A program made the position numbers and the translations under genes. A stretch of 44,888 nucleotides of DNA from Bacteroidota bacterium (GTDB taxonomy: Bacteria; Bacteroidota; Bacteroidia; Chitinophagales; LD1), in the NCBI GenBank assembly GCA_040387015.1, contig JAZKEP010000132.1, forward strand, positions 3,261-48,148, written 5' to 3'. Shown here in pieces: positions 7,937 to 17,038 of the stretch. The notes below the pieces were generated by a model. It was not told the DNA's origin. It worked only from the letters and a program-made list of their open reading frames with translations, and ran no database searches. Numbering within the stretch: the stretch's first letter is position 1; each line of letters opens with the position of its first letter.

Positions 7937-8608
7937 ATGGCAACCGATTACATTCCTAGAAAGATAGCAGAGTTCAATACATTTCAGCTTAATCTGGTTA
8001 AAGCAGTGGCTGACAATGGCGCAAGTTGGAATATTCCTGCGGAAGTGGTAACCGCCTGGACGGCAGAAGCCGCTGCTTACAAAACTGTATATACAACACA
8101 GACGAATAAGGCGGCAAGAACGACCGTAGATGTGCGCATACATGCTGAGTTTCGCAAGGAATACGAAATGAAAATACGCCTTTGGGTAAATGCTTATGTA
8201 AATGGCAACATGGCCGTATCGCCCGTAATAAAAGACACCCTCGGGCTTAAAAAGCGCGGCAAAAAGCGCAACCATCGCGGGCGTATTACCGCTAATATTC
8301 TGTTTACGCTCGAGCCGCTGCGGGGTGGCAGGGTGCGTATTATCTGTCGCGAGCCCGAGCACCGGGGCCGTGCGCGCCTGCCACACGACAGCGATGGCGT
8401 GGAACTGCGCTACGCCATAGGCACCAAACCCGAACATTCCGAAACGCCCTCTGTTACCCGGCATTTTAGCTCTACTGCCAAATTACTGCTCGACCTCGGA
8501 ACGGCTAACATAGGCAAGTATTTTTATGTGTTTGTTCGCTGGCGCAACCTTCGCCACGAAGAAAAAAGCGGCTCCTGGAGTGCCATGCAGGAAATGATGA
8601 TTGCGTAG
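7937..8608 (+). CDS. Hypothetical protein: helical N-terminal domain, basic linker and beta-sandwich (Ig/FN3-like) C-terminal domain
   Basis: 223 aa with no signal peptide. Has an N-terminal DYIP...F motif, a KKRGKKRNHRGR linker and a C-terminal YVFVRWRN...SGSWS resembling the FN3-like 'G.WS' ending. Confidence 0.8.
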   Translation: MATDYIPRKIAEFNTFQLNLVKAVADNGASWNIPAEVVTAWTAEAAAYKTVYTTQTNKAARTTVDVRIHAEFRKEYEMKIRLWVNAYVNGNMAVSPVIKDTLGLKKRGKKRNHRGRITANILFTLEPLRGGRVRIICREPEHRGRARLPHDSDGVELRYAIGTKPEHSETPSVTRHFSSTAKLLLDLGTANIGKYFYVFVRWRNLRHEEKSGSWSAMQEMMIA

Positions 8609-8691
8609 GCGCAATTGCATTCAGTTATTTTTTAAAAAATTTCTTTACGAAAAGTATAGAGCTATTTTCATAGCCAATTCAAAGCTCGCCC

Positions 8692-9627
8692 ATGAAATTC
8701 TTCAAAAGCAAAACCTTCCTCGTTATCGCTTTTATTTTAAGCGCATGGATTCTCGCCAACATCATTTTATATGAACCCGATATTGCGGTTGAAAAGCTGA
8801 AAGAAAAATACACCACTGCCGCTTCAAAGTTTATCGAAGTTGACGGCATGCAGGTGCATTACCGCATCCAGGGCGAAGGCGAGCCGCTTGTGCTCATACA
8901 CGGCACAGGTGCCATGCTTCAAACCTGGGATGAATGGACGAACCTCCTCAGCCCGCACTACAAAATTATCCGCATGGATATTCCTGCCTTTGGCTTAACC
9001 GGTCCGCGTGCCGATGGAGTTTACAGCGATTCGATGTATGTAAATTTTATAGAGCAGTTTGTAAGCAAGATTGGCGTTGATTCGTTTTACCTCGGGGGAA
9101 ATTCCTTAGGCGGATTAATTGCCTGGAAATATGCCGCGGCCTATCCCGGCAAGGTAAAAAAACTGGTGTTGGTTGACCCTGCCGGCTTTCATGGGTTTAA
9201 TGATAAAGGGGGCTCGTTCATCTTTAACTTATCCCGCAATTTCCCAACGCTTACTTCTATGGTTTCGAAAATAGGAACGCACTATTTCGTAGAGCATACA
9301 CTCACCGAAGTTTATTCCGATGATTCAAAAATTACGGATAAAGAAAAGATAATGTATGCCGAGTTGAACAGGTGCCAGGGCAACCGCCACGCATTTATAC
9401 AGCGTGCTAAATACACACACAACTGTAGCGAAGAAGAATTAAGCGCCATTACTGCACCCACTTTAATCATGTGGGGTAAAGAAGATGTGTTGATAGATGT
9501 GCGCGAAGCAGCGCATTTTAAAAAGATAGCTAACGCTTCGCTTGTAGTGTATGATAACATCGGCCATTGTCCGCAGCAAGAACTCCCCGAACGCTCCGCT
9601 GCCGATGTAATGAGGTTTTTGAAATAG
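8692..9627 (+). CDS. Alpha/beta fold hydrolase with N-terminal membrane anchor
   Basis: LIHG oxyanion motif, GNSLGG nucleophile, WGKED acid and GHCPQ histidine. Confidence 0.92.
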   Translation: MKFFKSKTFLVIAFILSAWILANIILYEPDIAVEKLKEKYTTAASKFIEVDGMQVHYRIQGEGEPLVLIHGTGAMLQTWDEWTNLLSPHYKIIRMDIPAFGLTGPRADGVYSDSMYVNFIEQFVSKIGVDSFYLGGNSLGGLIAWKYAAAYPGKVKKLVLVDPAGFHGFNDKGGSFIFNLSRNFPTLTSMVSKIGTHYFVEHTLTEVYSDDSKITDKEKIMYAELNRCQGNRHAFIQRAKYTHNCSEEELSAITAPTLIMWGKEDVLIDVREAAHFKKIANASLVVYDNIGHCPQQELPERSAADVMRFLK

Positions 9628-9718
9628 AACATATTAGGGACAACAGTAACGAATAACTGTTTTCCTCAAACACACGCTCAAAAGCGCAAATCACAAAACC
9701 CTCCCCTATATTCACGCC

Positions 9719-11698
9719 ATGAAGTTTGAGCGCAAAAAACTTTCGAACGAAGAACTGATATCGCTTTATAAACTCATTCTTAAACCTCGGGTGATTGAAG
9801 AGCGAATGCTCAAACTTTTGCGCCAAGGCAGAGTCAGCAAATGGTTCAGCGGCATCGGGCAGGAGGCTATTGCAGTAGGAGTAACAGCCGCATTGGAAGA
9901 AGACGAATACGTTTGCCCTTTGCACCGTAACCTTGGTGTTTTCACTACGCGCAACTGCAGTTTGCAACAACTCTTCGAACAGTTTCAGGGCAAGGCGGGA
10001 GGTTTCTCGCAAGGGCGCGAAAGGAGTTTTCACTTCGGTACTAATCAGCACCATATTGTAGGCATGATTTCGCACCTGGGCCCGCAGCTTTGTGTGGGCG
10101 ATGGAATTGCGCTGGCTTCAAAACTTAAAAAAGAAAAAAAGATAACCGTTGCTTTTACGGGCGAAGGCGGAACGAGCGAAGGCGATTTTCATGAAGCCTG
10201 CAACATTGCTGCCGTGTGGGACTTGCCTATTATTATTTTAATTGAGAACAACGGCTATGGGTTGAGCACTCCCACCAGCGAGCAATACCGCTGCAAATAT
10301 TTAGCGGAACGTGCCATCGGCTACGGCATGAAAGGGCTGACGATTGACGGCAATAATATCCTTGAAGTATATCACACAGTAAAAGAGCTGGGTGAAAAGA
10401 TGCGCAAAAAACCTTTCCCGGTTTTGTTGGAATGCATGACCTTCCGCATGCGCGGACATGAAGAAGCAAGCGGTGTAAAATATGTTCCGAAAGAATTACT
10501 GGAAGAGTGGGAGAAGAAAGACCCCGTAATGAATTACGAAAACTGGTTGATGGAAGAGGGCATCATCTCTCCCGATTACCCCGATATGCTGCGCGAAGAA
10601 TTTGATGCAGAAGTGCGCGCGGCTTTTGATGCAGCAGATAAGCAACCGGAAGTAACTCCAAGCACAGAAAAGGAAATGGAAGATTTATACGCGCCCCCGG
10701 CTGTTCAAATCCGAAATCCCCAATCCGCAATCCGTAATAACCTCCGCTTTGTAGATGCAATTTCTGAAGGATTAAAACAAAGCATGCAGCAACATCCCAA
10801 CCTTGTCATCATGGGTCAGGATGTGGCGGAGTATGGTGGTGTGTTCAAAATCACCGAAGGTTTTGTTGAACAGTTTGGCAAAGAAAGGGTGCGCAATACA
10901 CCTATTTGCGAGAGCGGGGTTTTAAGTGCGGCACTCGGGTTAAGTATAAAAGGAATGAAGGCAGTGGTGGAAATGCAGTTTGCTGATTTTGTTTCTACGG
11001 GCTTCAACCCCATTGTAAATAACCTTGCTAAATCGTATTGGCGCTGGCGACAAAATGCCGATGTGGTAGTGCGTATGCCTACAGGAGGCGGTGTGGGCGC
11101 AGGGCCCTTTCATTCACAAAGCAACGAGGCCTGGTTCTTTCATGTGCCGGGGCTTAAAATTGTTTATCCAAGTTCATCGTTTGATGCCAAAGGTTTGCTG
11201 TGTGCTGCTATCGAAGACCCCAACCCGGTGATGTATTTCGAACACAAAGCGCTTTACCGAAGTATTGAAGGGGAAGTGCCCGAAGATTATTACACCCTCG
11301 AAATAGGCAAAGCCAAATTGATAGCTGAAGGCGAAGAGGTAAGCATCATTACTTATGGAGCGGGGGTGCATTGGGCAATGGAACTTGTTAGTCAGTCAAC
11401 TAATATCTCTGCTGATATTCTAGACTTAAGAACGCTTCTTCCGTTTGATAAGGAGGCAATTGAAGCTACCGTAAAGAAAACCGGAAAGGTTCTTGTTCTT
11501 CATGAAGACACTTTGATTGGTGGAATTGGTGCAGAGATTTCAGCATGGATAACCGAGAACTTTTTTGAGTATCTCGATGCTCCGGTAATGCGGTGTGCTT
11601 CGCTGGATACTCCCGTACCGTTTGCCATTTCTTTGGAAAATAATTTTCTGGCAAAAGGAAAACTGAAAAGTAAATTGCAGGAACTTATAGCATACTGA
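9719..11698 (+). CDS. Fused 2-oxoacid (probably branched-chain) dehydrogenase E1 alpha/beta subunit
   Basis: Alpha part has GEGGTSEGDFHEACN...ENN (TPP motif) and FRMRGHEE. Beta part has GQDV, NTPICE, EMQFADF and GPFHSQ. Confidence 0.93.
   Translation: MKFERKKLSNEELISLYKLILKPRVIEERMLKLLRQGRVSKWFSGIGQEAIAVGVTAALEEDEYVCPLHRNLGVFTTRNCSLQQLFEQFQGKAGGFSQGRERSFHFGTNQHHIVGMISHLGPQLCVGDGIALASKLKKEKKITVAFTGEGGTSEGDFHEACNIAAVWDLPIIILIENNGYGLSTPTSEQYRCKYLAERAIGYGMKGLTIDGNNILEVYHTVKELGEKMRKKPFPVLLECMTFRMRGHEEASGVKYVPKELLEEWEKKDPVMNYENWLMEEGIISPDYPDMLREEFDAEVRAAFDAADKQPEVTPSTEKEMEDLYAPPAVQIRNPQSAIRNNLRFVDAISEGLKQSMQQHPNLVIMGQDVAEYGGVFKITEGFVEQFGKERVRNTPICESGVLSAALGLSIKGMKAVVEMQFADFVSTGFNPIVNNLAKSYWRWRQNADVVVRMPTGGGVGAGPFHSQSNEAWFFHVPGLKIVYPSSSFDAKGLLCAAIEDPNPVMYFEHKALYRSIEGEVPEDYYTLEIGKAKLIAEGEEVSIITYGAGVHWAMELVSQSTNISADILDLRTLLPFDKEAIEATVKKTGKVLVLHEDTLIGGIGAEISAWITENFFEYLDAPVMRCASLDTPVPFAISLENNFLAKGKLKSKLQELIAY
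10708..10738. repeat. Heptamer tandem repeat (AATCCGA AATCCCC AATCCGC AATCCGT AAT) in the E1 alpha/beta linker
   Basis: Read directly. Encodes IRNPQSAIRN. Confidence 0.8.
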
Positions 11699-11831
11699 AA
11701 ACGCTATCAATGCCGAAATGCCTACGTACAATCAATCGGTTCAGAAAATAGTCGAAGTAAAAATGCTGTTGATAAGTGCCTTGTAGGGCCGTTTAAACAA
11801 TCTACTTTCGGTTAAACTAAAACCCAAGACT

Positions 11832-12332
11832 ATGTCACTACTTATTACTTGCGCTGTAACGGCACTCTTTCCTTTAATATTTGGATTTATCTGGTATAAC
11901 CCTAAAGTATTCGGCAAACCCTGGATGGAAGGAGCAGGGCTGACTGAAGCGGACGCCAAAACCATGAACATGCCGCTGGTGTTCGGGCTTACTTATGTCT
12001 TTAGTTTCTTTATAGCGTTATCGCTTCACGGGGTTACTATCCATCAATTCGGGGCGGGTGGTCTTTTGGAGCCCTCGCAGGGATATACGGATCCCGAAGG
12101 CGCACTTACCACATTAACGGATGCCCTCAAATTGTTTGAAAATAAATTCAGGAGTTTCAAACATGGAGCGCTTCATGGAGGCCTTGCAGGAGTTTTCTTT
12201 ATCCTGCCTGTCATAGCTATTGATGCCATGTTCGGTCGCAAGAACTGGAAATATATTCTCATCAATGCCGGCTATTGGATTATCAGCTTAGCAGTAATGG
12301 GAGGCGTTGTTTGCCAGTTTTCCGGCAGATAG
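11832..12332 (+). CDS. DUF1761 family membrane protein
   Basis: GFIWYNPKVFGKPWM, FRSFKHGALHG and WKYILINAGYW motifs. Confidence 0.85.
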   Translation: MSLLITCAVTALFPLIFGFIWYNPKVFGKPWMEGAGLTEADAKTMNMPLVFGLTYVFSFFIALSLHGVTIHQFGAGGLLEPSQGYTDPEGALTTLTDALKLFENKFRSFKHGALHGGLAGVFFILPVIAIDAMFGRKNWKYILINAGYWIISLAVMGGVVCQFSGR

Positions 12333-12350
12333 TTTATAACGAAACTTTTA

Positions 12351-12389
12351 AGCCGCTCTGCTTTTATGAAGCAGGGCGGTTTTGTTTTA
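12351..12389 (+). terminator. Intrinsic terminator hairpin after the DUF1761 gene, overlapping the 3' end of the convergent ORF
   Basis: AGCCGCTCTGCTT/AAGCAGGGCGGTT stem followed by TTGTTTT. Confidence 0.7.
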
Positions 12390-12702
12390 TAATAAATAAA
12401 GCTGCGAGCGGCAATACAATAATTACTTGCAAACAAATGGAGTTGAATTTGTGTAGTTCAATCAGGGGAACTAAAAAACATCTTGCGTGAAAGAAGAAAG
12501 GATAAACCGCACCGATGCAGTACAGTAGCATGCGATACTTTACGGGTCGTAAAAAAGTGAAGAGGCAAAGCGAATAACTGAGGATATGAATAACATGCGA
12601 TAAGTCGGACTCAGAAAAAGAATGATAAATCAATCCGTAAATGTGAACCAACACGCCAATAGTCAGGAACAACGCCAACAGGATTCTAACAACCGTATTC
12701 AT
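12364..12702 (-). CDS. Hypothetical membrane protein with four His-bearing hydrophobic segments
   Basis: 112 aa, about 4 TM helices, fills the gap downstream of the desaturase. Confidence 0.65.
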   Translation of the reverse strand: MNTVVRILLALFLTIGVLVHIYGLIYHSFSESDLSHVIHILSYSLCLFTFLRPVKYRMLLYCIGAVYPFFFHARCFLVPLIELHKFNSICLQVIIVLPLAALFIIKQNRPAS

Positions 12703-12725
12703 ACACTAAAAATAGAAATTGATTT

Positions 12726-13838
12726 CTATCCGATGTCGGTTGCTACCTGAAACACTTCATTTCTTCCCAGCTTGCCCATTAAGCTTACGTGCGAAGCAAA
12801 TGCTTCCGTGAGGGTATCATAAGTGAGATACGGAATTCCAAACTCCTTTGCTGTTTGCTGAACAATAGGAGCTATTTGTGGGTAGTGTATATGACATACT
12901 CGCGTAAACAGGTGGTGCTCAATCTGATAATTCAAGCCGCCCACGTAATACGAAACCCACTTATTGTTCGGTGCGAAGTTGGAGGTGGTGTGCATCTGAT
13001 GAATCGCCCATTCGTTTTCAATCTTTCCGGTTTCGTCAGGAACAGGGAAGTGAACTCCTTCTACCACATGCGCTAACTGAAAAACTATGGCCAATGTAAA
13101 ACCACCTACCGCGTGCATGGTCATAAAGCCTATCAGCAGTTGCCACCAGGTAATGTCAAGAACAAGCATTGGTAAAATCAGAATATATAGAACGTAAATC
13201 AACTTTGTGAAAAACATAATCAACAGATGATTTGTTCTTGCTGATTTGTCTCTGCCATCATCCCCGGATTTTCTAAATCGTTCGAACTGCATAAAATCTT
13301 TCATGAACACCCAGAAGAAAGTTTGCAAAGCATAAAGAAAGAAGACATAAAACAATTGAAACCGCTGAAAGGGCTTATGCTTAACTCCGGGAGTAAAACG
13401 AAGCCCCGCATTTTCGCGAATGTCCAAATCAAAACCGTGAATATTGGTATACGTATGGTGCAACTTGTTGTGCTGAATTTTCCAATTATCAGCATCGCCA
13501 CCAACCAGGTTGAGTGAATACCCGATCAGCTGGTTCAGGCGATGGCTGGAGGTGTACGCTCCATGATTGGCGTCATGCATCACCGACATACCAATACCGG
13601 CTAACCCGAAACCCATTACTACGGTGCCAAGCCACATAGCCCATAAAGGGAGTATGCCGGACATGATTATGCCATATGGAACAAAATAAAAGGCAAGCAT
13701 CACGATGGTCTTAAACACCATGCCCGCATCTGCATGCTTCGATAATTTATTTTCTGCAAAATATTTATCAACCCGCTGAATGAGTACTTTATAAAAATCT
13801 GTTTTGTTCTTGTTAACGAACCGGGGAGTCTGAATCAT
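12726..13838 (-). CDS. Membrane fatty acid / acyl-CoA desaturase (delta-6/linoleoyl-CoA desaturase-like)
   Basis: His boxes HDANH, HNKLHH and QIEHH. Confidence 0.92.
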   Translation of the reverse strand: MIQTPRFVNKNKTDFYKVLIQRVDKYFAENKLSKHADAGMVFKTIVMLAFYFVPYGIIMSGILPLWAMWLGTVVMGFGLAGIGMSVMHDANHGAYTSSHRLNQLIGYSLNLVGGDADNWKIQHNKLHHTYTNIHGFDLDIRENAGLRFTPGVKHKPFQRFQLFYVFFLYALQTFFWVFMKDFMQFERFRKSGDDGRDKSARTNHLLIMFFTKLIYVLYILILPMLVLDITWWQLLIGFMTMHAVGGFTLAIVFQLAHVVEGVHFPVPDETGKIENEWAIHQMHTTSNFAPNNKWVSYYVGGLNYQIEHHLFTRVCHIHYPQIAPIVQQTAKEFGIPYLTYDTLTEAFASHVSLMGKLGRNEVFQVATDIG

Positions 13839-13855
13839 TTATTGTTTATGAGTGA

Positions 13856-13863
13856 CAAATGTA
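13856..13863 (-). promoter_or_regulatory. -7 promoter element (TACATTTG) for the desaturase
   Basis: Exact TAnnTTTG match 17 nt upstream of the ATG. Confidence 0.55.
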
Positions 13864-13985
13864 GCCTATTAACTCCTTTCGGGTTGTTATATTGCCTTAA
13901 AGACAAATTCAAAATCATTAATCGCTGATAGATCTCACTTGCACATTTAGATTAATGGTTCATTTTTGCCTGCCGCTACACCCGT

Positions 13986-15386
13986 ATGTACAAAAGACAT
14001 CTTAAACTTTATCCCCTTGTAATTTTACCTCTCACAGCGATTATTTTATTCCTGCTGTGGCAAGGGAAAAAACTGGAAGCTGATGCAGTAAGTTCAGTGG
14101 CAGCAAATAACCCGATTCAAAGCCATTTTACTGAAAGTGCCCGACATCCTTTAGCTATCCTGCTTTTGCAAATCATTGTTATCCTTTTGGTAGCGCGAAT
14201 AGTGGGATACATTTTTTCACGTATTGGCCAGCAAGCGGTTATTGGCGAGATAACAGCCGGGATTATTCTCGGTCCTTCTTTGCTTGGTTGGCTGGCTCCC
14301 GATGTTTTTGGTTTCCTCTTTACTGCATCCTCACTTCCTAATCTTCAACTGCTAAGTCAAATCGGCCTTGTGCTTTTTATGTTTATTATAGGCATGGAAC
14401 TCGACATCAATACCATTAAAAGCCGTGCCTCTGAAGCAATTCTGGTAAGCCATGTAAGTATCGTGTTCCCTTATACTCTCGGAGTAGCCCTGGCTTATTT
14501 TCTTTATCTATCGTTTGCCCCTGAAAGTATTTCGTTTTTGGCCTTTGCTCTTTTTATGGGTATAGCCATGAGTATTACAGCCTTTCCTGTACTTGCCCGA
14601 ATTTTGAAAGAACGGAAAATGACAAAAACACAGGTAGGCAGCATGGCGATTATCAGTGCCGCAATAGGAGATGTTACTGCCTGGTGTATTCTTCCTTTTG
14701 TTATTGCTATTGCACGAGCAGGAGATATTTCGAATGCATGGTTCAGTATATTTCTTGCTGTAGTTTATGTACTGGTTATGCTGCTTGCGGTAAAACCTTT
14801 ATTGCAAAAACTAAGCGAACGGTTTTTCTCTAACGGTAATCTTCATTCAACTTTCACTGCCGCAGTCTTTTTGGTCCTTCTGGCTTCGGCTTATGTAGCT
14901 GAGTTAATTGGTATTCACGCTTTGTTTGGTGCCTTTTTAGCGGGAGCTGTTATGCCCCAGAATATTTCCCTTCGTAATATATTTACGGAACGGATTGAGG
15001 ATGTCAGTACCTTTTTATTGATGCCCCTTTTCTTTGCATTCACAGGTCTGCGTACGCAGATTGGATTACTCAACAGCACCTATCTCTGGTCAATCTGTTT
15101 AATCATTGTTGCTATTGCCGTAGTTGGGAAATTTGTCGGAAGCATGGGTGCTGCAAAATTAGTAGGTCAATCATGGAAAGATTCATTAAGCATTGGCGCA
15201 TTGATGAATACCCGTGGACTGATGGAGTTAATTGTGCTGAATATTGGTTATGACTTGGGAATTTTGAAACCCGAAATTTTTACCATGATGGTTTTTATGG
15301 CGCTTGCCACTACTTTCATGACTGCTCCGACCCTAAACCTGATAGAAAGAATTTTTTCCCGCAAGGAAAACTTATCCGCGCGGTAA
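13986..15386 (+). CDS. Cation:proton antiporter, CPA2 family
   Basis: VIGEITAGIILGPS, SITAFPVLARIL, GIHALFGAF and LMNTRGLMELIVLNIG motifs. Confidence 0.92.
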   Translation: MYKRHLKLYPLVILPLTAIILFLLWQGKKLEADAVSSVAANNPIQSHFTESARHPLAILLLQIIVILLVARIVGYIFSRIGQQAVIGEITAGIILGPSLLGWLAPDVFGFLFTASSLPNLQLLSQIGLVLFMFIIGMELDINTIKSRASEAILVSHVSIVFPYTLGVALAYFLYLSFAPESISFLAFALFMGIAMSITAFPVLARILKERKMTKTQVGSMAIISAAIGDVTAWCILPFVIAIARAGDISNAWFSIFLAVVYVLVMLLAVKPLLQKLSERFFSNGNLHSTFTAAVFLVLLASAYVAELIGIHALFGAFLAGAVMPQNISLRNIFTERIEDVSTFLLMPLFFAFTGLRTQIGLLNSTYLWSICLIIVAIAVVGKFVGSMGAAKLVGQSWKDSLSIGALMNTRGLMELIVLNIGYDLGILKPEIFTMMVFMALATTFMTAPTLNLIERIFSRKENLSAR

Positions 15387-15413
15387 TTGTTATCTTACAA
15401 TTAAATCTGTTCC

Positions 15414-15812
15414 ATGAACAATCTGATCTTATACGGAATTGCTACCGTTATCTTTTTTTCAATTGACATGCTCTGGCTGGGTCTAGTTGCTAAAAACCTG
15501 TATCGTCAAAAACTCGGATTCATCTTATCGAACGAAGTAAACTGGGCGGCAGCTATTATCTTCTATCTGATTTACATTGGGGGCATTTTATTTTTTGCCG
15601 TATTGCCTGCCCTTAAAGATTCCAATTGGCAAACTGCTTTAATGAACGGTGCCATTCTCGGTGGATTATGCTATGCCACCTACGACTTAACTAACATGGC
15701 TACCATTGCCAAGTGGCCACTTGATATAGTCATCATAGATATTGTTTGGGGCATGGTTCTTACAGGAAGTGTAGCGGGCCTCACTTATTTTGCAGCCACA
15801 AAATTTTTGTAG
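15414..15812 (+). CDS. DUF2177 family membrane protein
   Basis: IDMLWLG, YATYDLTNMAT and DIVWG motifs. Confidence 0.88.
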   Translation: MNNLILYGIATVIFFSIDMLWLGLVAKNLYRQKLGFILSNEVNWAAAIIFYLIYIGGILFFAVLPALKDSNWQTALMNGAILGGLCYATYDLTNMATIAKWPLDIVIIDIVWGMVLTGSVAGLTYFAATKFL

Positions 15813-15814
15813 AA

Positions 15815-16618
15815 CTATTTCAAAAGAAATTTTTGAAATTCTTTTTCACTGCCGGTAAAGATATTGGCATCGGTGTTTCCATTCACACCAAGCAAGTCAG
15901 ATTTATCGCTGTGCTGCCAGAATAAAAAACGAAGACTGTCAATTGGAGTCATTTCCGCCTGATAATAATGCGCAATCCAGAAAGGGTACTCTTTAAAGTC
16001 ATCTGCCAGATAATCTTCGATAAAATTCAAATTGGAATAGATGATGGGTTTCACTTTATACCTCTTTTCTATTATGGGCAGAAACTCCTTCAATGCTTTT
16101 ACAATCTCCTTTTTTGTTTTGCCTCGCTTCTCCTCTACATCAACCACAGGAGGCAGGTCGCCCTTTTTCAGTTTAACGCTTGACGTAAAATTGGCGGCTT
16201 GTATTTTGGGGCTTCTGTCAGGAAGAAAGTAATGATAAGCTCCGCGTACAATGGAGTGGTCTTTCGCATCTTCCCAATGTTCATCAAACATCGCATCCTC
16301 AATAAGCAACCCTTCTGTAGCCTTAATAAAAGCGAAACGAAATTGAACGGTATCGCCTAACTGATCAATAGCTTTCAGCTTCTCCCAATCAACTTCTTTT
16401 TGATAATGCGAAATATCAATACCGTGAATGCTATATCCTAAAGGGAAGTCAGTAGGCCTTACCTTTGTTTTTATATATCGATGAGTAAAATATCGAAAAG
16501 CCCTGTGCACATATTTCTTGTTCTCATAAATGGCTGCTGCCAAAAGACAAAGCAGAGCAAATACCAAAAGGTACTTCGCCCATTTAGGCAGACTTGCTTT
16601 TGACTTTTTCTTAACCAT
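15815..16618 (-). CDS. Glycoside hydrolase family 25 lysozyme (YegX-like), membrane anchored
   Basis: HGIDISHYQ, FIKATEG, RGAYHYF, LPPVVDVE, WIAHY and FWQHS motifs. Confidence 0.93.
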   Translation of the reverse strand: MVKKKSKASLPKWAKYLLVFALLCLLAAAIYENKKYVHRAFRYFTHRYIKTKVRPTDFPLGYSIHGIDISHYQKEVDWEKLKAIDQLGDTVQFRFAFIKATEGLLIEDAMFDEHWEDAKDHSIVRGAYHYFLPDRSPKIQAANFTSSVKLKKGDLPPVVDVEEKRGKTKKEIVKALKEFLPIIEKRYKVKPIIYSNLNFIEDYLADDFKEYPFWIAHYYQAEMTPIDSLRFLFWQHSDKSDLLGVNGNTDANIFTGSEKEFQKFLLK

Positions 16619-16624
16619 CTGATA

Positions 16625-17038
16625 TTAAACGGTGGCTATTACTTTTAATTCTATAGCGATAGGTGTTGGCAGCGACTTTATTTCAACGGTTGTGCGGCAG
16701 GGCTGCGCATCTTTAAAATACTGAGCATACAATTCGTTGTATATTTTAAAATCATCTTTCATGTTGGTGAGAAAAACCGTTACATCAACCATATTATTCC
16801 ATTCGCTGCCGCTTTCTTCCAAAACCGTTCTTACATTTTTGAAAACAGATTGACACTGCGCAGCAATATCATACTTCACCAATTGCCCCTCGCTGTCGTA
16901 TTCATTGCCCGGAATATTATTGGTGCCCGCCTCGCGGGGACCAATGCCTGAAAGGAAAAGTAAATTACCCACTTGTCTTGCATGCGGATATAAACCGACC
17001 GGTTTAGGAGCTTTGTCGGTAGAAATTTTATTGCTCAT
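16625..17038 (-). CDS. RidA family protein, probable 2-aminomuconate deaminase
   Basis: Start re-assigned to ATG 17038, which overlaps the ALDH stop (ATGA). Motifs GLYPHAR, LFLSGIGPR, PCRTTVE and LPTPIAIELK. Kynurenine-pathway context. Confidence 0.85.
   Translation of the reverse strand: MSNKISTDKAPKPVGLYPHARQVGNLLFLSGIGPREAGTNNIPGNEYDSEGQLVKYDIAAQCQSVFKNVRTVLEESGSEWNNMVDVTVFLTNMKDDFKIYNELYAQYFKDAQPCRTTVEIKSLPTPIAIELKVIATV

Noticed and set aside
7922-8464. 180-aa minus-strand ORF
   Set aside because: Antisense shadow of the 7937-8608 gene.
6103-11698. Apparently higher-GC codon usage suggesting a horizontally acquired island
   Set aside because: This is an impression only and I could not quantify it. 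The genes are housekeeping and no integrase or att sites were seen.
15815-16618. GH25 lysozyme as a prophage endolysin
   Set aside because: It is a membrane-anchored chromosomal YegX-like type, with no holin or phage genes nearby.
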